Assembly: GCA_028534125.1 (NCBI GenBank)
Contig: CM052832.1
Span: forward strand, 17,176,001-17,240,000
Direction: 5' to 3'
Source: Lama glama
Taxonomy: Eukaryota
Length of the DNA stretch: 64,000 nt
In this document: one piece after another, positions 49,680 through 62,720 of the stretch
How the letters are laid out: every line of letters starts with the position of its first letter
Position numbering within the stretch: the stretch's first letter is position 1
The notes under the pieces: model-generated
Database searches by the model: none
Told to the model about the DNA's origin: nothing
What the model saw: the letters and a program-made list of their open reading frames with translations, nothing else
Translations under genes and position numbers: made by a program

Positions 49680-50250
49680 AAACCTGGGGGAAGAGCCAGC
49701 CCATGCTCACTCCAGGTTCAGCTCTCCCTCCAAAGCCCATGGGCACACAAGACTGTGCAGGGATGTACCCACACAGGTCATGCCTTCAAGACTGGGATAG
49801 GTAACAGTTTCACATAATCTCATAGAGACAGAGAGAGTTAAACAAAATGAGAAGACAGAAGAATATCTGTTAAATGAAAGAACAGAAGACAACACCTGAA
49901 AAAACGTATGTGATGAAATTAGGGCTGAAACTTCCCTGAACCTGAAGAAGGAAATAGATATCCAGGTACAGGAAGCACAGAGTTAAAACACTGTAAGATT
50001 TCACTCATATATGGACTCTAAAAAACAAAACAAAGCAAACAAAGAAAACAAAACAAAAATAAACTCAGATGTAGAGAACAAATTAGTGGTTACAGAGGGG
50101 AATGGTGTTGGGCATGGGCAAAATAGGCTAAGGGGTGGACTGTATAGTGATGAATGGCAACTAGACTTGTGATGGGAATCACTTTCTGGTGTATGCGATG
50201 TTGAATTATGATGTTGTACACCTGAAAATTACATAATTTTAAAAAACCAA
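49680..50250 (+). mobile_element. L1 5'UTR/ORF1 fragments joined to an L1 3' UTR fragment
   Basis: AAACAAAATGAGAAGACAGAAGAAT (ORF1 start, as at 58259), AAACTTCCCTGAACCTGAAGAAGGAAATAGATATCCAGGTACAGGAAGCACAGAG (mid ORF1), then TTCACTCATATATGGACTCTAAAAA (3' UTR). Confidence 0.7.
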
Positions 50251-50672
50251 TCAATGAAAATCCTGTCTTGCCCCTTATCAGTTTTCCCTTTGTGAATTAT
50301 TTCACTAATATTTCAATCATTCTGGAGCCTAGTTTACAGAGGCACTGAGAATAAGCACCAATCTATTGTTTCTCTATTACAAAGAAGTTTCATTACAGCA
50401 AATTTTTGCCTGTAATTTTACACTGTTATATCTGAAGCAATGAGAAAAGTAACTGACATATAGTGGGCACTCAACAAATATTTATTGATTGACTAAATGA
50501 ATGAAACAGTGTGTACTAATTTCTTCTTGACATGTTTTTTTATTGTTTAAACCAAATGAAGAACTTCAACGTAGTCAAATGTTAGGTCAGGTAAAAAGTC
50601 TATATTATGCTAGGCTATTGTGGGAGGAATATTTGAAGACAAGAGCCTTCTTGTTCCTTAAAAATCATATTG

Positions 50673-50802
50673 TAGGGGATATAGCTCAAGTGGTAGAGTG
50701 CATGCTTAGTATGCACAAGGTCCTGGATTCAATCCCTAGGACCTCCTCTGAAAATAAATCAATAAATAAATCTAAAAACCTCCTCCCAAAAAAAATTTTT
50801 TA
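50673..50802 (+). mobile_element. tRNA-Ala-derived SINE (camelid vic-1-like)
   Basis: GGGGATATAGCTCAAGTGGTAGAGTGCATGCTTAGTATGCACAAGGTCCTGGATTCAATCCC carries A and B boxes. It has an A-rich tail and a 13-bp TSD AAAAATCATATTG (50660-50672 and 50803-50815). Confidence 0.88.
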
Positions 50803-52983
50803 AAAAATCATATTGGAAAGTGACTGTCTCTTCTTTCTCTGTGTAGAACTAAAATTACTTTTCTTTAATTATAGCAGGAATTTCAAGAAATAATATCCTG
50901 AGAAAAGAAAAATATAAATTAAAAATTTTTGTATCTTGACACCAAAAATAATTGTCTTAAATTTTTCATGTTATCCAAGGAAATTTTCCATAAAAGTATT
51001 GAGGTAGATTGTGCTTTCTAGGATTGTTTTAGTCCTGAGTTCATTTTCCACAACAAGGAAAATGCCAAAATTTATCATTTAATTTTACTGTGGCAAGAAG
51101 AGAGTTAGAAATTAGTATATCCACTAGGGAGTTGCTATAGTGTTTCTTGCCAAGAGATTTCCACTGAGGTTTATTATCTGTATGGAGAAAATGTCCTACA
51201 GCTTTATATAAAGAGTAAGAACCCTTCCTTAACAATTATTTGAGTAAAATAGGTTTCCACATCTAAACATATTTGTGATCCTTCATGCCAAATAATATTA
51301 AGAACCTATGATAAGAAGTAAAGGCACTGAACAAGAGAGAATATTCAATCCTTATTCCCAATTAATATTTAATTCCAGTGGAATGTCAATTTTTGCAAGA
51401 AACGGAAGTACTACCATTGAATAACAACACTGGTTTAAAGTAGGTGTTGTATGTGAGTAGAAGTGATCTGTTTGTCTTGATTGATTTTACCGTTTTGTAC
51501 AACTTCATGCAAGTTGTGATTTCTTTATGCAGAGTTGCATACTTAAAAATATGTAAATAAATTGGCACCTTTAATAATAGTAAAACATCATTATATTTTA
51601 AAGCATTGAAAAATGTTTCTATTTTGGAAAAATAATCTAGAAATACTGTTTGCATTAATGGGCATTTTTGTTAATTTAAGTATATGTATATTGACGTAAA
51701 ACTCTTAAAATCATTAACATCAGATTCAAGCCAAGTAATGTGAGTAATTTTGGGAAATGAAAGGGAAGAAAATGCAATCCTTATGAGACTTCTTTTAGTG
51801 GAGATAAGTACCATGTTAATATTTGGATACAACCTAAAGAAAAATTAATTGGCAGGTATAGACTTATAATCAACCTGGACACTGTATTTCATGAAGATAA
51901 CTGATCTAGCATTAAATCTTACACTTAACGAAGGTGTAGCCACACATATTGAACTGATTAATCCTCATAGCACAGCAAGATAGATAAGGGAGGTTCTAAA
52001 TATTTAAGCAATGCATAAAAGAGACATGCTAACTACTGGCATCGGACTGGGTCCAAGTTTTCTAATTTCATACCCTGTTTTATTTTCTACTACACTAGTG
52101 TTTTTCAAACATTTTACCATTGCATATAGCAAGTTTTACATTTTACATGATAAGCCTGGTCACACATATACATATATACTCACACTTGTATTGGAAACAA
52201 ATATAATAAATCAACAAAATAGTATATAACTGTTAAACGTATGATAGATTACAATTCGCAGTATGAAAAGCACTAATATATATTATACTGTATTTTCAAG
52301 CACTAATCCCTTTAATAATCTTATATAACCAACCTGTGCAATCAATTATTGTTTGCCTTATTTTTCAAGTACTGAACATGTTGCACAGAATCATTCTTTC
52401 AGTTGCACGTGTCCTTTCATGAAAAAAGCTTTTTATTGGCAAAAGTCATTTTAGAATTTGAGGCGTAGGACTAAGGAAAAGCACTGTGTCTTGCTGTTTC
52501 TGTGTAAATCAGACCAGTCCAGCTGGAGCTCAGTGAGTTCTGTACTTACCTAAATCAACTCATATATTCAACCAGAGAATCATGAGGACCAGCAGACTAA
52601 GGATGAAAGAAATGAATACATGCGGTAAGCCAGCATGGATGGTTCTTGGGAACAATCCTTGCATTTTTATTATTTTCTCTAATGTAAAATCAGTTGTAAC
52701 TCTCCCTTTATCTAATCATTATTTCTATAAAAATTTGCTGTATTGCATTTCCTAGGTAAAATATAGAGATTCATTAGTCTTTCTTTTAGATGTACTACAG
52801 AATACTAATTTGGGGCATTTTTACTCATATTTTTTCATCTTGCAAGCATCAAATCATGTCACTGGAGTTACATCGCAGAGAAAATCCCTTCATAACTCTA
52901 TTTAACTGAATAAAATGACCATGAAGAGTATTTAATACTGAAATGCAAGTCTTCACTTTGACTTAAATCCACCGACAAGAGCA

Positions 52984-53937
52984 ATGACAGTCATGAATTC
53001 AGGCAATGAAAGTACTCCAGAGGTTTTCATTCTTCTGGGTTTCTCTGACCATCCCTGGTTGGAAATGCCACTCTTCATAATAGTGTTTGCTGCTTACATC
53101 TTCACACTAGTGGGAAACATCTCAATTATTGTGGTATCCAGGGTAGATCCTCATCTTGACAGCCCTATGTACTTCTTCCTTTCCAACCTCTCCTTCCTGG
53201 ACCTTTGTTTTACAACAACCACAATCCCTCAACTGCTGCTGAACCTCTGGGGCCCAGATAAATCTATCAGCTATGGAGGCTGTGTGACCCAGTTTTATAT
53301 GTTTCACTTCCTGGGAGCCACTGAATGCATCCTCTTAGCTGTAATGTCCTTGGATCGTTTCATGGCCATCTGCAAGCCTTTGAGGTACCCAGTTATCATG
53401 CATCAGCGACTCTGTATCTTCCTTGTGCTCATGGCATGGCTAAGTGGTTTGGCTAACTCCTTGCTTCAGTCATCCCTCACCATCCAGCTGCCACTTTGTG
53501 GCAACAACAAGGTAGATGATTTCCTGTGTGAGGTCCCAGTGATGATCAAGATGTCATGTGCCGACACTACATTCAATGTAGCTATGCTCTCCATTGTGGG
53601 GACATTCTATTCCTTGCTTCCTTTGTCACTTATCCTTGTCTCCTATGGGTTCATTGTAGCTACAGTGCTCAGAATTCGGTCCTCAGAGGGAAAGAAGAAG
53701 GCCTTTAACACATGTAGTTCTCATATCATTGTTGTATCTCTCTTCTATGGACCAGTAATTAGCATGTATGTGCAACCTTCAGCTACTATCTCCCAGGACA
53801 AGAACAAATTCATGTCCCTGTTCTACAGCTTGGTGACTCCAATGCTTAACCCTTTTATTTATACTTTGAGGAACAAGGACATGAAAGGGGCAATGATGAC
53901 GCTTATTGTCTCATTGTACCATCAAAGAAGAGAATAA
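52984..53937 (+). CDS. Olfactory receptor family 2, intact, 317 aa (alternative start 52993)
   Basis: NES sequon, LDSPMYFFL, MSLDRFMAICKPLRY, DDFLCE...[30 protein letters not shown]. Donor-like G|GTAAGC upstream at 52625. Confidence 0.96.
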   Translation: MTVMNSGNESTPEVFILLGFSDHPWLEMPLFIIVFAAYIFTLVGNISIIVVSRVDPHLDSPMYFFLSNLSFLDLCFTTTTIPQLLLNLWGPDKSISYGGCVTQFYMFHFLGATECILLAVMSLDRFMAICKPLRYPVIMHQRLCIFLVLMAWLSGLANSLLQSSLTIQLPLCGNNKVDDFLCEVPVMIKMSCADTTFNVAMLSIVGTFYSLLPLSLILVSYGFIVATVLRIRSSEGKKKAFNTCSSHIIVVSLFYGPVISMYVQPSATISQDKNKFMSLFYSLVTPMLNPFIYTLRNKDMKGAMMTLIVSLYHQRRE

Positions 53938-56900
53938 AAATAGCCATTTTTATAATTTATATTCTCCATATAGGACTTAGAAGAGCCCCTGTTTGAAAAT
54001 TACCTCTTGATTTTACCTCCTCAAAACTGTTTGCATCCTTTAACTCTTATCTTAGCTACATACATGGGATTTTTTGGATATGATTTATTGAATATTGTTT
54101 CAGAGTGTGAATCCTGATTCTCAATTTGTCTGCAGTTTGCATGAGAGTGAGAACTATGTCATTAAGTTCCTCTATATCCATCTGAAGATTCTACTACAGG
54201 AGTCTAAAAAATGGGCAATAAAAATGCTTATTGACTGACTCCTACACAGTTAGACCAAAAGAAATCAAATCCTATCATTTTATGTGTTATATTGAAAAAA
54301 GAATACAGGTAATGTAGACAACAGTTTACCTTTTTGCTATTATAGGTACGATTTAAAAGTCAATCTTTCATTTGCTAATTAACTCTTTTTATGAATTAAC
54401 CAGCAAGATCAAATGAGTTAATACCTAATAACCTATGATCAACCCTCTCCACTACATATTCACCATTCCAACTTTTATTAATAAGATAATTCAAAAATAA
54501 TATCTGATTCTTCCCTACAGGTCTCAATAGGATTTCCACTACTGAGGTCTTTGACTGAAGTAACTATTTCTATGTTCCTAAAGGGAAAATTTGAGAATTC
54601 AAATCCTGAGAAACTTCTATGTGGCATCCTACTATGGAAAGCCATTTAGCCTTCATTGAGGAGATAATTTAACTAGCATGAGAAAATCAAGTATATTTGG
54701 TAGGTAGTCAAAGCATGAAATAGTTCAATCATCTACGAATCAGAGCACCAGGTGATAAACAGAAGGAAAATAGGGAAAGTGGAAGGTAACAATGGGGAAA
54801 ATATAAAATAAGTTAACTATTGTATCACCGATTTTGAGATAGAGGTGATGAAATAGAAATTTTGATGATGATGTGAGAGTGGGGTATTCTGTTATTTTTA
54901 TCAATAATATCAACTCTTCTCACTATCAATTTGTCATAATTTCATAAACTTCTTTACTCCCTACCATTATATGTTTAGGATAAATATTTAATTCTTTTTC
55001 TAACAACTAAGTGCATTGAAAGCTCTTCATATATCTTTCCATCCTGAGTGCCACTGTATATTTGTACTGTTCATTTCTAAATGGCAAGAATAAAATCTAT
55101 TGGCTCATATTGTACAAACCTCTAATACAGAGACATATTGATTGTAATCAAAAATTAATTATTTGCAATAAATTAACTTTTAATTTTGCTCTATGCGTTG
55201 TAATAAACTTTCCTTTGTAGACTTGGAGAGAAAGACAATACAGTTTTGCTCTTATTGGAGAGAAGGAAAAAGCGGAGACTCTTTTCGGAAACAAGCTGAT
55301 TCCCTGGAACAGCCATATACGTATTAAGGACTAGGTCTTCCGATTTCGCTATGTACCTCTCTTCATAGTACTGACCACAATGAAACTTTACACTCCTTTA
55401 GATGACCACTTTCTCTCCAAAATGACAATGAAGTCTTCCTTCTCACTTGGAAAGCTGAGTAGTTAACAGAGTAAATGCTACAGAATAGGCCTCAGTAAAT
55501 GTTTTTTTAAATGAAAGAACAAATGAAAAGTAGGTATTCTCGCCTCATGAGCTACTGTTAAAACCTGTATCACAGGCTTACACAAGTATGTATCTTGTAC
55601 TAAAGGTTAATAATTGAGGTTAATATCTCATTTTTAAAGCAATGTTTCTCAAACTGTCTTTGGTTATTGCTTCAGTATATGTTAGCAGTCATTTTTTTAA
55701 AAAGTAACCCATATTCAAATAAATTTGGGAAAAGCCATAAATTATTCTTGGAGTTTTGCAGTTTGGGAAGGGAAATTAAATATTTGATAACTACAAAGTA
55801 AACTATTAAACCAGGCTTAATACGACGATTCCCAAACAGCTTCTTTTCTGAGTTTATTGGCTTCTTTTTGAGAGAAAATAACATATTGCACAATTTGGGA
55901 AATAACTCATTAGAAAACACTGAATCCCAGAATTGGAACAGAGCATACAGATGAGTTGAAGGAAGCAGAAAATCTCACTTTTGTACTGGATGAATAAACA
56001 GTCTTTTATAAAAGAATTGTAGAGTGCTGAAATAAAGCTGCCAATAATAGTCCCATTATACCTTCCTAAGTGTCTGAAATCTCAATTTTTAAAATTCCTT
56101 TAGGGTATAATTTTTACCGCCAATTATATTTGCAAATTTAAGGCCAGTATTCATTCGGTTAATTATTTGCTCTTAATTATGATATAAATATAATAGCCAC
56201 TACCACATAAGAGATAAGTTAGTTATTGAACTTTAAACATTAAAGAATATGTTGTCTTTTTCACTGAATACTTTCTCCAAAAACTGTAACTCTAATATAT
56301 AGCTATCATAATAAATAAAATAAACATATGGTGTAACATTTTAGATGAAATTTATAATAATATTAAAATTCATATCTATATAAATTGTGCCTTAGCAAAC
56401 ATACTGAAAGACATTTCTAAAATGTATGTTAAAAAAATATCTCCATGTGACAAAGTTTCCCATGTATAGGCACATTTGATGTACCTGGTCCTTCTTGCTA
56501 AATGCCTGTTTTTCAGCTTTGGTACATATCAGAATCCTTAAGCTTTTAAAAATCACAAACTTGACTCCACTGCATAGATTTTCTATATCAGAATGTTGAG
56601 AAATCATGTCCAGAAAACTATTTTTTTTTAATCTTCAGTTATTGAGGGCCACCACAAGAGAAAATTTTTGAGATATTCATTAGAGACAGAAGTCAAACAG
56701 GATCTGACATATAGGAAAAGGTAGAGCACCCCCAAAGGAGATAACTTGCCAAAGGTGTGAAGAATTTCAGATGCTCCAAACTTAAAAACAAAAAAAGAAA
56801 GAGAGAGAGAAATGTAAACCCATAAGTAGCAAAATTTAAAATCACAGCTCCTAGCAAATGCTAAGGCAAATGCAACAAGACCAAGTTAAATGCAACAAGA

Positions 56901-57259
56901 CCAATAAATATCTAGAAGAGATGGTTTCCTTAGAATTAAATATTCTAAGAAAGTCAGATAAGTACTGAGTTCAATCAGTAGTGAAACTCTCATTCATGTG
57001 CAATAAAATTTTTCAAAATTGGTTCCCTAAAACTAAATTATACTACAAAGAAACTGATAATTGAGTTGTTACTGTTGATAACTGAATTATCAGTCTGGAT
57101 AAGCAAATATTTTAAAATATCTTAAAACAAATCAAAAGCAAAAGGAAGAAACTATGAGAAATTATGTGAGAAAACATAAGATTTAGAGAATAGACATAAA
57201 ACCAAGTATGAACAATAGGAGAGGTAGTTAGATTAAAGCAATAGATGGAGGAGTACTAA

Positions 57260-58365
57260 TTAAGTAAGTACTAGGAAAAATACCTGGGGAGTAAGAGATT
57301 CCAGCCATACAGTAGCACCCAGCCCTGGGGTCTGACATTGAAATGATAAGCCCCCTTAGCTGGTTTGAAACCCAGTGGGGCTTATAGGAGAGCTGAAAGA
57401 AATCAAGGCTCTGCTCTTTAAGAAAGCACACACAGTCTTGCTTACTTCCGGTCCGAGTGCAGAGGCTGCTGGTTGAAAACTGCCTGGGCTCTGGCCAGCT
57501 TCCCAGGACTGCACCAGCATGACCCCCAGCCCACCCCAGGCTCCAGCTCCAGACCCTCTTGCTCTGGCACTGCTCTCCTCTAGAGCAGAGGCAGCTGTTG
57601 CCAATGAGAGTGCCCACACGTAGAGGGAAAGGAGCTGGCTTAGATCCCAGCCCCGCCGCTGACCAGGGCTGAGGCAGCCATTGCAAGTGGGTGTGTCCAT
57701 GCTCACACTTGAGAGAAGCAAAATCAGCTCCAGGGAGGAGACCGCTATCACTGGTGGGAGTGAAACCAGCTCAGTGGCATGGCACCAACCGCTCCGGCCC
57801 CGACCCAGCCTGTAACCAAGGCACGCATACCGGGGGAAAAGTAAAACCAGCACAAAGTACAGCCCCAAGCCCTCAACCCCCGGCAAGGGCCCAACAAAGG
57901 TAGAAACAACCATCACACCCGAGAGAAATCCAGCTCCCTCAGGGCTCCTGGTCCAAATCCTTGGGCCCCAACCCTGCCCACAGGAGGATGGTAACAACCA
58001 CTGAGCATAGGAGAACTGTTGACTCTTACCTGGCTCCAGCTCCAGCCTCTCCAACTCCAACCATACCTCACACCAAGGTGGTGGCTGCCAGCACGCACCA
58101 GAGGAAGATGCTGCCATGCTCACTTCAGATCCAGCACTCCTGCCAAGTCACTGGGCATGTGCAGACTGTAGAGGGAGGCTCCCACACAAGGACTCATCTT
58201 CAAGACAGGAATAGATAACCGCTCACCTAATTCATAAAGACAGAGAAAGTTAAACAAAATGAGAAGACAGAGGAATATGTTTCAAACAAGGAACAAGAAA
58301 AAAAAGTAGAGAAAAAAAACCCTAATGAAACAGAGATAAATAATTTACCTGATAGAGTTCAAAGC
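57260..58365 (+). mobile_element. L1 5'UTR + ORF1 start (3'-truncated)
   Basis: GC-rich UTR leading to AAACAAAATGAGAAGACAGAGGAATATGTTTCAA (MRRQRNMFQ) and TTACCTGATAGAGTTCAAAG. Confidence 0.7.
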
Positions 58366-58369
58366 AGGA

Positions 58370-60020
58370 GCTCAATCAAGGTCACCACCAATCAAGGGTA
58401 GGAGGACACAGAACTCACCTTCCACCATGAACACATCAAAAATACATCTATATATGAAACACTTCTCACTGAAAACTAACTGGAAACTGGCAGAAAGATT
58501 CCTGTACAATCAAGGCTGTAAGAAAGACAGACGCGTAATCGGGTGGGCAGGGAAGAGGAGCCAAGGGAAGGGACATAGAGAAAAATGGAGAATACAAATC
58601 CAGAGACCCACCTTGGGGAGTGAGAGGTTGGAGCCACAGATTGAGCAACCCAGTCCTGGGGACCTGCACAAGGGAGAAGAGCCCCCTTGACTGACTGGAG
58701 GGTCACTGGGACTAAGAGGAGGGCTGTGGAAGCCTGGACTCGGCTCAGGAGGAGTGCATGCACACTGGCTTGCCCTCAAGGCAAGACAGAGGGAGCAGAG
58801 TGAAGACTGCCCCAGTGGATGCCAGGTTTCTGGAGACCACGTTGGTGAATGCCCCAGCCTGAACTGAGCGAACCCTCTGGCCCCATTTACTCCACATTGC
58901 AGCACAGCACTGGATCTGGGGCTGTCACGGCCGGGAAAACAGCTCAGAAATGGGACACAGAGATGACTCGGTCCAGGTTGGCATCCGGGTGGGCGGTGGC
59001 AGCTTTTGTTGGAGCTTACTCAAGCAGCGCCTCAGAAGCAGCCCAGTGCTCTGACAGCGGCCAGTCCACCACAGCTCACCACCCACTGATACATGTCAAG
59101 AGTCCATTCAGGCCCTGCCTGCTGCTGGTGTAGCTCCACAACAGGGCAGGGGTGGTGGAGGCTGCAGGGAATGATCAGCTATAAGGGATAAAGAGGACTT
59201 GGACCTGAGGCTGTGTTCTGAGCAGAGTGAGGGAAATAATTGCTGTCACCTGCACAGGCAGTGCATCAGAAACAGCTTGGACCTCTGTCTACAGCTTACG
59301 CAAGCCAAGAGCCTACATGGGCCACCCTTGCTTTAGCACTTCCCCACTCTGGGGCAAGGGTCCTGGTGCTGGGAGAGGAGAAAGCACACACTTAAAGGGA
59401 ACAGAGCCAGCTCAGGCCCACCCCTCAGGGCTTCTGCTTCAGCAGCTTGGGATAAGAATCTACTCCCAACCAAGCCCCAGAGCAGAGGGGAAGCCCCACC
59501 TCACATCCAGCTCCAGCCCTAGCCCCTTCATCTCTAGCCCAACCTCCTACCAAGCAGACAGCTGCCAGCACACCCTGAGGAAAGAAGGGACTTGCATCCA
59601 CCTCAAATCTAGCCCTCCCCACAAAGGAATTGGGCACCTGCAGTCAGTATAGGGGCACTCCCACATAAGAACTCTCCTCCAAGACTGCAGTAGGTAACTG
59701 TTTCACCTCAGTTCATAGAGGCAGAGAGAATTAAGCAAAATGAAAAGGCAGAGGAACTGGTTTCAACTAAAAAAGCAAGAGAAGACCCCTGAAAAAATAA
59801 TGAACAGAAATAACCAATTTACCAGATAAAGAATCCAAAGTAATATTAGTAATAAGAATGTTAACTGAATTAAGGAAAAGAATAGATGAGCATAATGAGA
59901 ATTTTAACAGGGAACTAGAAAATATAACAAAGACTCAATCGAAAATGAAGAATTCAATAACTGAAATAAAAAATCCAGCAGAAGGAATGAATAGGAGACT
60001 GAGTGAAAACAGAAGAATGC
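58370..60020 (+). mobile_element. Second L1 5'UTR + ORF1 N-terminal coiled-coil region (3'-truncated)
   Basis: Starts GTAGGAGGACACAGAACTCACC...GAACACATCAAAAATACATCTA. ORF1 reads MKRQRNWFQLKKQEKTPEK...MLTELRKRIDEHNENFNRELENITKTQSKMKNSITEIKN. Confidence 0.8.
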
Positions 60021-60024
60021 ATAG

Positions 60025-60748
60025 GTCATGGTCATCTCCACCCTGGAGATAGCTTCACTCCCACTGGAGTGTGTGCAGGGACATGCTAGCTGGTAATGGC
60101 TTCCTCTGCCCTGGTCAGAAGCAGGACCACAGGTCTGAGACAGCTCAGTTCCATCAAGTGTGTGCACTGTCGTTGCCAATAGAAGCCTCCTTCTTAGTGG
60201 GAGCAGCTCCAGAACAGGAGGAACTGATGCCTGAACCCAGTGCTGACTTTGGCACATGCTGGGGAAGTCCTGGCTAGTCGGCCAGAGCTCAGGCATTTTT
60301 CAGTCTGCTGTCTCTGCTCTGTGACCAGGAGTAAGCAAGACTGTGTATGTGCTCTTCAAGAGCAGAGTCTCAGTTTTCAAAACTCGCCAGTAAGCACCAC
60401 TGGTTTTCAAACCAGCTAAGGGGACTCATCTTCCCAGCGTTAGGCCCCCACCAGGGCTGAGGTGCCTAATATGTGATTTAATCCCTTGCTCCTCAGGGAG
60501 GATCCCCAAGCCTGTAATACTGTCTCTTCTTCGGTGTACTCTTCTAGGGAGATGGGTCCCAACCAAATCAATTCTCTCTTCCTTCCTGACTCCATGTGAA
60601 TCTTTCTTTATAGCCTTGGTTACAGAAGAGCAGCTCTGCTAGTCCCCAGGTCAATTTCAGCAAGAGTCTCTCTACACGTAGTTATAGTTTTGATGTGTTC
60701 ATGCGGGAGGTGATCCCTGCGTCCTCCTACTCCACCATCTTGATCTCC
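60025..60748 (-). mobile_element. Third L1 5'UTR, inverted
   Basis: Minus strand starts GGAGATCAAGATGGTGGAGTAGGAGGAC (L1 5' terminus). 60280-60470 is the reverse-complement homolog of 57315-57500. Confidence 0.8.
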
Positions 60749-61009
60749 TGAAGGTTTCTTTTTTTATATCACTTGATTCCTCCTCACTGGAAAGACCACT
60801 AAATATTTCCCTTTTTTCTCTTCAACTCATTTCTGCACCCTTTTATTTTATGGACAGAATAATTAAATCTTATGTAAGATATCCTACAAATGAACAAAGT
60901 GAGATATTCAAGGAACTCAGGTTTAAGTTCTCCAGAATCATTTATTCATGCTAGCTTTGCTTTCATAATATATTATTTAAATTTATTGTCCAAAAAACAA
61001 ACTACCAGA

Positions 61010-62275
61010 AATAGAAATTAAGAAAGCAATCCCAGTTACAATGATATCAAAAGAATAAAGAAACTGAAGAAACCACAAATAAATGAAAAGGTACTCTGTG
61101 CTCATGGACTGGAATAATTAACATTGTTAAAATGTCCATATTACCCAAAGCAATCTGCAAATTCAGTGCAATCCCTATCAAAAGCAATAGAGTTTTTCAC
61201 AGAACTAGAAAAAATACTACTAAAGCTTTGTATGTAATTAAAATAGATCCTGAATAGCCAAATCTATCTTGAGAAAGAACAAAGCTGGAGACATTATGAT
61301 CTCAAACTATATTAAGCTACAGTAATCAAAATAGTGTGGTATTGGCATTAAAAACAGACATACATACTTGACATCACTGTTAGGGAAATGCCAATCAAAA
61401 TCACAATATCACCTCACACTTGTCAAAATGGCTACTAACAGGATAAGAACAAGTATTCATAGGGAGGTGGAGAAAAGTGAACCCCAGTGCACTGTTTGAG
61501 GGAATGAGAATTGGTGTAGCCACTGTAGAAAACAGTATGGAGGTTCCTCACAAAATTAAAAATAGAACTATCACATAATCCAGCAGTACCACTTTTTGGT
61601 ATTTATCTGGAAAAAATAAAAACACTAATTCAAAAAGATATATGCACCCATATTTTCATTGCAACATTATTTACAATAGCCAAGATATGGAAACAACCTA
61701 AGTGTCCATCAATGGATGAGCAGATAAGAAAAGACATGCAATGCAATTCTACTCAGCCATAAAAAAAGAATAAAATCTTGCCATTTGAGACAACGTACAT
61801 AGACCTTAAAGATATTATGGTAAGTGAAATAAGTCAGACAGAGAAAGACAAACACCATATGATTTTACCTTTATGTGGAATCTAAAACAAAAAGAAACAA
61901 AACAAAACAAGTGAACAAACAAAACAAAACTCATAGAGAACAGATTGATGGTTGGCAGAGGGATAAGGGCTGGGAGATGGACATAATGGTTGAAGGTGAT
62001 CAAGAGGTACAAACTTTCAGATATAAAATAATATGACATGGAATGTAATGCATAGTTATTATGCTATGGTGACTATAGTCAATAATACATTGCAAATATG
62101 AAAGTTGCCAAGTAGATCTTAAAAGTCTCATCACAAGGAAAAATAAAATGAAACGTTGTATAGTGACAAATGGTAACTAGACTTACTGTGACAACTGAAA
62201 ATAATGTAATAATTTTGTCCATTATGCTTCAGTTAAAAATCATGGCAATAAAAGAAGTATAAAAATAAAATAAAA
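61010..62275 (+). mobile_element. L1 ORF2 fragments + 3' UTR (L1MA-type)
   Basis: CTCATGGACTGGAATAATTAACATTGTTAAAATGTCCAT...CAATCCCTATCAAA...ACAATAGCCAAGATATGGAAACAACCTAAGTGTCCATC... followed by an A-rich tail. Confidence 0.9.
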
Positions 62276-62354
62276 TTAGTTTCCAGTGTGCTGGGAAATG
62301 AGATTATTTTAAAACAAATCTAGCAGTAGAGAAGACTTGCCACCAACCTCAATT

Positions 62355-62720
62355 CAGTAGGTAACTAATTGCACATAAGCATTTCCATGGAGAATTCAGT
62401 CCCCAAGGAACTTTTTCTGCTAACTCCTCTGGGACGAGCATAAGGGGACTGTTTGAAAACAATGCCCAGGGGATCTCAGGAATATAATACGAATAGTGCA
62501 ACCACAAAGCATTCTTGATATTATCTACTATTGTTTTCCTAATCTGGGCTTTTTTCTTCTTGGCAGTGTTGTATCAATTGAAAAACACACTTCTGAAGCT
62601 AATTCTTAAAATACTCATCTGCTTACTACAGTTTCTCTGTCCTCTGAAAATTTGAAAAATTCAGGTGTGTTCCTTCACAATTCCTTTTTATTAAATATTA
62701 ATCAAAATAAGGTAAGTAAA
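62355..62720 (+). promoter_or_regulatory. Candidate OR promoter / first exon for an OR beyond the window end
   Basis: CTAATTG (62365) followed by five O/E-like sites within about 100 bp, and a consensus donor AAG|GTAAGT at 62712. Confidence 0.55.

Noticed and set aside
50673..50750. Possible genuine tRNA-Ala gene
   Set aside because: The anticodon region is altered (CTTAGTAT), the stems are imperfect, and it has an A-rich tail and TSD, so it is a SINE.
56868..56905. Tandem AAATGCAACAAGACCAA twice
   Set aside because: A simple two-copy local duplication. There is no repeat-spacer array, and CRISPR is not expected in mammalian DNA.
57356..58123. 255-aa minus-strand ORF and overlapping ORFs at 57228-60296
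   Set aside because: They lie in GC-rich L1 5'UTR sequence where stops are scarce and show no recognisable protein family. Only the ORF1 fragments are interpretable.
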